From Candidatus Diapherotrites archaeon CG10_big_fil_rev_8_21_14_0_10_31_34 (GTDB lineage: Archaea > Iainarchaeota > Iainarchaeia > Iainarchaeales > 1-14-0-10-31-34), in contig PFAI01000026.1 of the NCBI GenBank assembly GCA_002763225.1, positions 426 to 13,171 on the forward strand: a stretch of 12,746 nucleotides of DNA, in the 5' to 3' direction. A program made the position numbers and the translations under genes. Below the pieces are notes generated by a model that did not search any database, was not told the origin of the DNA, and saw only the letters and a list, made by a program, of their open reading frames with translations. Of this stretch, positions 7,206 to 12,746 are shown in pieces (the first letter of the stretch is position 1; each line of letters starts with the position of its first letter).

Positions 7206-7340
7206 CTTAAAAAAATTAAAACGAAAATAAAAAAAGGAAAAAAATTACTAAAATTGAAAAAAACAAAATAAACAAATAAAGGAAAAAATAAATTAAAAAA
7301 TAATTGAAAAAATATGAGTTAAATTATCAAATGAATTTTT

Positions 7341-8003
7341 ATGAAATTAAAACAAATTTTTGACGGAATCTATTCTGATGGAAGAAAAAACTATACTGAA
7401 AACTTAGTTAAAGGAAAAAAAGTTTACGGAGAAAAACTTTTGACTTTCAAAGGAAAAGAATTTAGGGAATGGAATCCTTTTCGTTCAAAATTCGGAGCAG
7501 GACTAAAAAAAGGAATTCCTTCTCCAATCAAACAAGGCCAAAACATTCTCTATTTAGGTGCAGCAGAAGGAACAACAATTTCTCATATCTCTGATATAGT
7601 GAAAGAAAAAGGAATGATTATTGGAATTGACATTAGTGCCAGAGTAATGCAAAAACTAGTTGAATTAAGCGAAGAAAGAGAAAACTTAATTCCTTATTTA
7701 GTTGATGCAAATAAAACAGACGAAACAAAAAAAGAATTAAATAACGTGGAATTTGATTTTATGTTTCAGGATATCTCCCAAAAAAACCAGACAGACATTT
7801 TTTTGAATAACGCTAAAGTTTTTCTGAAAAAAGGCAAGCCTGCAATGATTTCAATTAAAGCAAGAAGCATTTCGCAAAAAAGCTCAGCTAAAATTTTGCA
7901 AGAAGAAAAACAAAAACTGGAAAAAGAATTCATTGTAAAACAATCTGCTTTTTTAGAGCCATTCCAAAAAGATCATCTACTTGTTTACTGCGAAAAAAAA
8001 TAA
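7341..8003 (+). CDS. flpA: Fibrillarin-like rRNA/tRNA 2'-O-methyltransferase
   Basis: Motifs VYGEK, FREWNPFRSK, LYLGAAEGTTISHISD, QDISQ, IKARSI and LEPFQKDH. Confidence 0.97.
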   Translation: MKLKQIFDGIYSDGRKNYTENLVKGKKVYGEKLLTFKGKEFREWNPFRSKFGAGLKKGIPSPIKQGQNILYLGAAEGTTISHISDIVKEKGMIIGIDISARVMQKLVELSEERENLIPYLVDANKTDETKKELNNVEFDFMFQDISQKNQTDIFLNNAKVFLKKGKPAMISIKARSISQKSSAKILQEEKQKLEKEFIVKQSAFLEPFQKDHLLVYCEKK

Positions 8004-8020
8004 GGGAAAAAGCTAATCTT

Positions 8021-8037
8021 AAAGGCAAATTTAAATA
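8021..8037 (+). promoter_or_regulatory. TATA box of serpin gene
   Basis: tttaaata at 8030-8037, 22 nt before the ATG at 8060. Confidence 0.55.
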
Positions 8038-8059
8038 AACTAAAGAACAATAGTTTTGC

Positions 8060-9319
8060 ATGAACTCAAAAAATTTATTTGGATTATTAATTATAACAAT
8101 TTTATTTTTTGGATGTATTGATCCAACCCCAATAGAAAAACAAGTTTTAGATGACTCAAAATCAACTGCTGTTGGAGTAAACGAAACAGTTAAAGGAAAC
8201 AACGAATTTGCATTAGAAATGTATTCAGAATTAAACAAGGAAAGCGAAAATTTATTTTTTTCTCCTTGGAGCATTTCAAGCGCATTAGCAATGACTTTTG
8301 AAGGAGCAAAAGGGCAGACAAAAGAAGAAATGAAAAATGTATTGCATTTACAGGAAAACGATTTGGAAAGAAGAAGCGGTTTTGCAAAAATATATAATCT
8401 GCTGAACAAAAATAATTCAGAGTACGAGCTTTCAACTGCAAACGCTTTATGGGCACAAAAAAATTACCCTTTTTTAGAAGACTATGTTAATACAACAAAA
8501 AAATATTATTCAGCTGAATTCACTAACATGGATTTTATAGGAAAAACAGAAGAATCAAGAAAAACAATTAATTCCTGGGTTGAAAAACAAACAAACGACA
8601 AAATAAAAAACTTGATTCCAGAAGGAATACTTAATCCATTAACAAGACTTGTGCTGACTAACGCAATTTACTTTAAAGGAGACTGGGAAATCCAGTTTGA
8701 CAAAACAAAAACAAAAAAACAAGACTTTAAAGTAAACGAAAACACTACAGTTCAGGTTGACATGATGTCATTAAAAAAAGGTTCAGAAGAATTTAATTAC
8801 GCTGAAACAAATGAACTACAGGTTCTGCAGATGAATTACAAAGGAAACGAGCTTTCAATGATTGTACTGCTTCCAAAAAACAGTATTTCAGAAGTAGAGT
8901 CAATGCTTTCAGCAGAAAAACTGGAAGAATGGAAGAAATCAATGCATGAAAGAGATGTATATGTTTATTTTCCTAAATTCGTGTTTGAAACAAAATATCT
9001 TATTGCAGACAACTTAAAAGAAATGGGAATGCCGACTGCTTTCTCTGACACTCAAACAGATTTCACTGGAATGTATGATGCAAACAAAACAATGGAAAAC
9101 ATTTTTATCAGTCATGTAATCCATCAGGCTTTTGTTCAGGTAGATGAAGAAGGAACCGAAGCTGCAGCAGCAACAGCAGTAGTAATGAAAGCAATGTCTG
9201 CAGGACCAATGGATATTCCTGAATTCAAAGCAGATCATCCATTTATTTTCTTAATACAAGAAAATTCAACCGGAAGCATTTTATTCATAGGAAAAGTAGT
9301 TGACCCGACAGCAGGATAA
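8060..9319 (+). CDS. Serpin (serine protease inhibitor), predicted lipoprotein
   Basis: Motifs NLFFSPWSI, LVLTNAIYFKGDW, hinge EEGTEAAAAT and C-terminal signature FKADHPFIFLI...ILFIGKVVDP. The N-terminal signal peptide ends in LFFG-C19. Confidence 0.96.
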   Translation: MNSKNLFGLLIITILFFGCIDPTPIEKQVLDDSKSTAVGVNETVKGNNEFALEMYSELNKESENLFFSPWSISSALAMTFEGAKGQTKEEMKNVLHLQENDLERRSGFAKIYNLLNKNNSEYELSTANALWAQKNYPFLEDYVNTTKKYYSAEFTNMDFIGKTEESRKTINSWVEKQTNDKIKNLIPEGILNPLTRLVLTNAIYFKGDWEIQFDKTKTKKQDFKVNENTTVQVDMMSLKKGSEEFNYAETNELQVLQMNYKGNELSMIVLLPKNSISEVESMLSAEKLEEWKKSMHERDVYVYFPKFVFETKYLIADNLKEMGMPTAFSDTQTDFTGMYDANKTMENIFISHVIHQAFVQVDEEGTEAAAATAVVMKAMSAGPMDIPEFKADHPFIFLIQENSTGSILFIGKVVDPTAG

Positions 9320-9346
9320 TCTCTGAAACATTTAAATAGTCAGAGA
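9320..9346. promoter_or_regulatory. Inverted repeat TCTCTGA-N13-TCAGAGA enclosing a TATA box
   Basis: Perfect 7-bp arms at 9320-9326 and 9340-9346. The spacer contains tttaaata (9331-9338), 23 nt before the ATG at 9362. Confidence 0.5.
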
Positions 9347-9361
9347 GTTTAATAATGTTGA

Positions 9362-10063
9362 ATGGTTGAAAAAATCTTCAAACATAATTGGGTTAAAGGA
9401 GAAGACAGTCCTTTTTGCGGTAAATGCAATAAAATGGTTAAAGAAGATTCAACTGAATGCGAATTCTGTGGAAGCAAATTCACTGGAAAAAAAACAGAAA
9501 AAAAAACTACTGGAAAAAAAGCTTTGGTTGCTGCATCAAAACCTCTTATTTGGCATCATGATTTCAGAAAGTTTTGTATAGTAATTGGCAGTGCTCTAAT
9601 GACATTATATGTGATTATAGTAGTCCTTCCTATTCTGATAGGTGAAATGCTTGAGCCTACAGAAATAACTATTAAATCAATTGAAGTGAATGGAAGCATG
9701 ACTTTTCTTTACTTGCATTCAACAAAAGAAATTCCAAGAGTTTACTTTCTTAATTCACCATCATATCCAACAGTAAAAATTCGTTATGAAAACTATGTGT
9801 GCGAATATGCCCTTCCTGATTCAATTTGGGGAGATTTATATAATGATCCGTCAGTTTATTGGGGTTTAACCGAACCGAAATTCAGGCACATGAAAAAGAG
9901 CACAATGATAACTGAAGGAGATAATAAAATCTATCTTTCTCCTTGTTATTTAAGTAGCCAAAAACCAGAAAATGTTGACCTAAATTTTTCATATTATGAT
10001 ATGATAGGGAATAAAAAAATAATCTCTGAAGAAAATCTTGAAGTAATCTATAAGGCTTCTTAA
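9362..10063 (+). CDS. Zinc-ribbon, single-pass membrane protein of unknown function
   Basis: 233 aa: N-terminal CGKC-x10-CEFCG, a Lys-rich linker, a hydrophobic helix (FCIVIGSALMTLYVIIVVLPILIG) and a beta-rich C-terminal domain. Confidence 0.78.
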   Translation: MVEKIFKHNWVKGEDSPFCGKCNKMVKEDSTECEFCGSKFTGKKTEKKTTGKKALVAASKPLIWHHDFRKFCIVIGSALMTLYVIIVVLPILIGEMLEPTEITIKSIEVNGSMTFLYLHSTKEIPRVYFLNSPSYPTVKIRYENYVCEYALPDSIWGDLYNDPSVYWGLTEPKFRHMKKSTMITEGDNKIYLSPCYLSSQKPENVDLNFSYYDMIGNKKIISEENLEVIYKAS

Positions 10064-10653
10064 GCCAAACTAAATGCTTTAAGGATTCTCTGGAAAGCGC
10101 TTAAATTAGTTAGAACTGCAAACAATGCAATCAAATAAACAGTGTACTGCAAATTAAAGATTGCTGAAAGCAAAACTAAAAACAACAAAATTAATCTTTC
10201 AGGTCTTTCCATTAAACCGCCTTTTAATTCGCTTTCTAAAAGCAGTTTTTCTTTTGCTGCTGCCTTTGAATAAGTTGTCATAATGCTTCCAAACAAAGCC
10301 AAAAAAATCCAAAACTGAGAAGAAAAATAAAATAAAGGCAATTGAGTTAAAAATAATCCAAGAAAAACAATTAATTCAACATACCTGTCTGTAATAGTAT
10401 CAAGATAAGCTCCTTTTTTTGTGGTTTTTCCTTGTACTCTTGCAACTGCCCCATCAATTACATCAATGAACGCAGCCAAAGCAAAAAAGATTACTGCAAA
10501 AACAAAGTTTGCTTTCAACAAAAAATAAAAACAAAGCAAGGCAGGAATTAAAGAAAATAAAGTCCACTGGTTTGGAGTCAAAGGAAGTTTTCCAAAAATT
10601 AATCCTGTTTTAATTGAAACTGCTTTGAATTTTTCTCTGTTCTGGGAAATCAT
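10060..10653 (-). CDS. CDP-alcohol phosphotransferase, probable archaetidylinositol-phosphate synthase
   Basis: Signature [10 protein letters not shown]7-GAYLDTITD, with TPNQ and GLMERPER and multiple transmembrane helices. The start overlaps the ino1 stop (ATGA at 10650-10653). Substrate specificity is inferred from context. Confidence 0.9.
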   Translation of the reverse strand: MISQNREKFKAVSIKTGLIFGKLPLTPNQWTLFSLIPALLCFYFLLKANFVFAVIFFALAAFIDVIDGAVARVQGKTTKKGAYLDTITDRYVELIVFLGLFLTQLPLFYFSSQFWIFLALFGSIMTTYSKAAAKEKLLLESELKGGLMERPERLILLFLVLLSAIFNLQYTVYLIALFAVLTNLSAFQRILKAFSLA

Positions 10654-11753
10654 CTATCTCTTTCTCCTTTAATAAATTCTTCAACCATTGTGTTGCAAAC
10701 TGAATCAGGGAACTGATGCATTGGATGCTTCATAAAATAAGAAGAACAAGAAGTTAATTCGCCCCCAATTCCTCTGTCTTTAGCTACTTTGATTGCACGA
10801 AGAGCATCAATTGTTATTCCCGCTGAATTAGGAGAATCAATTACACTTAATCTCAGTTCTAATTCAAGAGGAATGTCTCCAAACTTTCTTCCTTCCATTC
10901 TGATAAAACAAACTTTATTGTCTTTCTGCCAAGGAACATAATCTGAAGGGCCAATATGAATATTATCTGCATCCATTCTTTGAGGTAATTGAGACTGAAC
11001 TGACTCAGTTTTAGAAATTTTCTTGCTTTTCAGTCTTTTTCTTTCAAGCATATTTAGAAAGTCAGTGTTTCCTCCTGTGTTTAACTGATAAGTTCTGTCT
11101 AATTTAACTCCTCTGTCAGAAAACAGTTTGGTTAGCACTCTATGAGTAATTGTTGCGCCAACCTGAGACTTAATATCATCTCCAACAATAGGAATTCCTT
11201 TATCCCTAAATTTTTTTTCCCATTCAGGATGAGAAGCAATAAACACAGGCATGCAATTAACCATTCCTGTGCCTGAATCCAAGCAGGATGTCGCATAGTA
11301 TTGAGTTGCTTCTTCTGAGCCGACAGGCATAAAATTTAGAAGAACATCTGCTTTAACTTCTTTCAAAACTTTTGTTACATCAACTGCTTTTTCATCTGAA
11401 ACAACAATTCTTTTGTCTTCAGGATAATCCTCTAAATGAGCTGCAACCCCATCTAACACAGGTCCTTTCTGGACAACAACATTTTGTTGAGGGACATCTT
11501 TCTGGAAAATTACTGTACAATTAGGTTTCTCAAATATTGCCTGACTTAAATCTTTTCCGACTTTTCTTTTATCAATATCAAAAGCAGCAACAAACTTTAT
11601 ATCAGAAATCTTGTAACCGGAAAACACATTATGCATTAAACCAGAAACAGATTCATCTGATTCAGAAACTTTATTATAATAATAAACTCCCTGCACTAAA
11701 GAAGACGCACAGTTTCCTATACCTGAAATAGCAACTCTAATTTCTTTACCCAA
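10650..11753 (-). CDS. ino1: myo-inositol-1-phosphate synthase
   Basis: Motifs [58 protein letters not shown] and YFMKHP. The track start is GTG 11762, but TTG at 11753 has an SD (AGGTGG) 5 nt upstream and gives MGKEIRVAI. Confidence 0.96.
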   Translation of the reverse strand: MGKEIRVAISGIGNCASSLVQGVYYYNKVSESDESVSGLMHNVFSGYKISDIKFVAAFDIDKRKVGKDLSQAIFEKPNCTVIFQKDVPQQNVVVQKGPVLDGVAAHLEDYPEDKRIVVSDEKAVDVTKVLKEVKADVLLNFMPVGSEEATQYYATSCLDSGTGMVNCMPVFIASHPEWEKKFRDKGIPIVGDDIKSQVGATITHRVLTKLFSDRGVKLDRTYQLNTGGNTDFLNMLERKRLKSKKISKTESVQSQLPQRMDADNIHIGPSDYVPWQKDNKVCFIRMEGRKFGDIPLELELRLSVIDSPNSAGITIDALRAIKVAKDRGIGGELTSCSSYFMKHPMHQFPDSVCNTMVEEFIKGERDR

Positions 11754-11769
11754 AAAAACCACCTATTTT

Positions 11770-11821
11770 ACATTTGTGAATGTTTTACCACTATAAAATA
11801 TATGCTTTTTATATTTAAAAC
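11770..11821. promoter_or_regulatory. Divergent ino1/padR promoter region with two inverted repeats
   Basis: ACATT-N4-AATGT at 11770-11783; TATAAAA-N8-TTTTATA at 11792-11813; tttaaaac at 11814-11821, 23 nt before the padR ATG. Confidence 0.45.
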
Positions 11822-11844
11822 CTTTTGCTTTCTTTTTTTAGTGA

Positions 11845-12156
11845 ATGGAACCTGAAATAAAAAGATTAAAAGACAAAATCGGAATAGAATTGCTTTGGAT
11901 TTATATTCTGGCTTTACTAAAAAAAAAATCTTCTCATTCTTATTTGCTTAGAAAAAAAATTGAAAAAGAATTTGGTTTTCTTCCTGGAGAAGTAACTGTT
12001 TATGTTGTAATGTATAAACTTAAATCAAGAGGGTATGTTAGTTCAAAAAAAGATGAAAACAAGATTGTTTATTCAATTACAAAAAAAGGGAATGAATTAT
12101 TAAAAACAGCAGAAAAAATCTTTAATGAAAAAACAAAAAAAATATTCAAACAATAA
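11845..12156 (+). CDS. PadR-family winged-helix transcriptional regulator
   Basis: 103 aa: ILALLKKKSSHSYLLRKKI...PGEVTVYVVMYKLKSRGYV...YSITKKGNELL, the PadR pattern. Confidence 0.9.
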   Translation: MEPEIKRLKDKIGIELLWIYILALLKKKSSHSYLLRKKIEKEFGFLPGEVTVYVVMYKLKSRGYVSSKKDENKIVYSITKKGNELLKTAEKIFNEKTKKIFKQ

Positions 12157-12359
12157 AACCTTTTTAAAAAAAAGCTTTACCAGTCAGAACCTTCGGTTCC
12201 GATGCCTTCCTCTATAAAAAAAACAATAAAAAATAAAACAATAAAAATAATTAAAAGAATAAAAACAGCCATCAAAATTAATTCTTTTTTTGTTTAATCA
12301 ACTTTTTAGTTGGTTTTATTTCAACCTCAGCTATATTAAAACTCAAAAGAAGTTTATTG

Positions 12360-12423
12360 CAGACAAATGGAAAGTCTGGGGAGGCTCGTTTTCTTTGAAT
12401 TCGAGCCCTCTCTTATCCGAGAG
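12360..12423 (+). other. GC-rich three-hairpin cluster, candidate cis-regulatory RNA
   Basis: Stems CAGAC/GTCTG, GGCTCG/CGAGCC and CTCTC/GAGAG lie in tandem within otherwise very AT-rich DNA. Confidence 0.4.
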
Positions 12424-12696
12424 ATTAAAATGAATATGGTTGAATTAGCCTGCATTAAATCAAAGCAAAAGAAAAAATTTTATTCTGAAAACCATTCAAA
12501 AGTTTTTTCTGCTGTACTGCGTTTTGAAGAAATTTATTTTGATGAGTTAAGTGAATTACTTGATATAAATGAAAAAGAATTAAAAGAAATACTGGATTAT
12601 TTAATTGAAAGAAAACTAATTTCAAAAAAAAATTTTCAGTATTGTTCTTTTGAACCATTTGAATCAGCTAATTCTTTTCTTTTCAGCAAAAAATAG
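12367..12696 (+). CDS. Small winged helix-turn-helix protein (start uncertain: 12367, 12430 or 12436)
   Basis: HSKVFSAVLRFEEIYFDELSELLDINEKELKEILDYLIERKLISKK fits a TrmB/MarR-like wHTH pattern. A T-tract follows the stop. Confidence 0.65.
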   Translation: MESLGRLVFFEFEPSLIREIKMNMVELACIKSKQKKKFYSENHSKVFSAVLRFEEIYFDELSELLDINEKELKEILDYLIERKLISKKNFQYCSFEPFESANSFLFSKK

Positions 12697-12746
12697 CTTT
12701 TTTTGTGCCAGTTTTTTAACCAAAAATAATAAATAGAATTAACACC

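Noticed and set aside
7930..9238. ORFs 7930..8409 (-), 8190..8456 (-) and the poly-Cys ORF 9014..9238 (-)
   Set aside because: Antisense to the serpin; the Cys run is the reverse complement of the GCA codons in the Ala-rich hinge.
12369..12381. GGAAAGTCTGGG resembling the 5' P4 strand of RNase P RNA
   Set aside because: No matching 3' P4 strand or extended GC-rich structure; the downstream sequence is an AT-rich ORF.
9366..12658. ORFs 9366..9581 (+), 11537..11731 (+) and 12455..12658 (-)
   Set aside because: Overlap better-supported genes and have no motifs.
1..12746. CRISPR array, insertion sequence, rRNA or genetic-code reassignment
   Set aside because: No regularly spaced repeats, transposase or rRNA-like tract seen; the conserved genes translate intact in the standard code.

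Overview
AT-rich archaeal chromosomal window. The archaeal origin is shown by Nop5, fibrillarin, an alpha2-type GlyRS and TATA boxes sitting 22-24 nt before start codons; a DPANN-like host is inferred from style only. In order it contains: a DUF1616-like membrane protein (-); a basic orphan (+); a HAD-IB phosphatase (-) directly downstream of an in-frame 792-aa fusion of bacterial-type glucose-6-phosphate dehydrogenase and short-chain 6-phosphogluconate dehydrogenase (-); a 66-aa double zinc-finger protein (-); an atypical tRNA-Thr(CGU) (-); glyS (-); an N-terminally truncated Nop5 and fibrillarin (+); a lipoprotein-type inhibitory serpin (+); a zinc-ribbon membrane protein (+); an ino1 plus CDP-alcohol phosphotransferase operon (-) divergent from a PadR regulator (+); and a small winged-helix gene (+) preceded by a GC-rich, switch-like hairpin cluster. 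No transposase, integrase or CRISPR array is evident. The best leads are the Zwf-Gnd fusion with altered cofactor motifs, the Nop5 lacking its fibrillarin-binding domain, the candidate RNA switch at 12360-12430 and the PadR-ino1 linkage. No database searches were run, so novelty claims are unverified.
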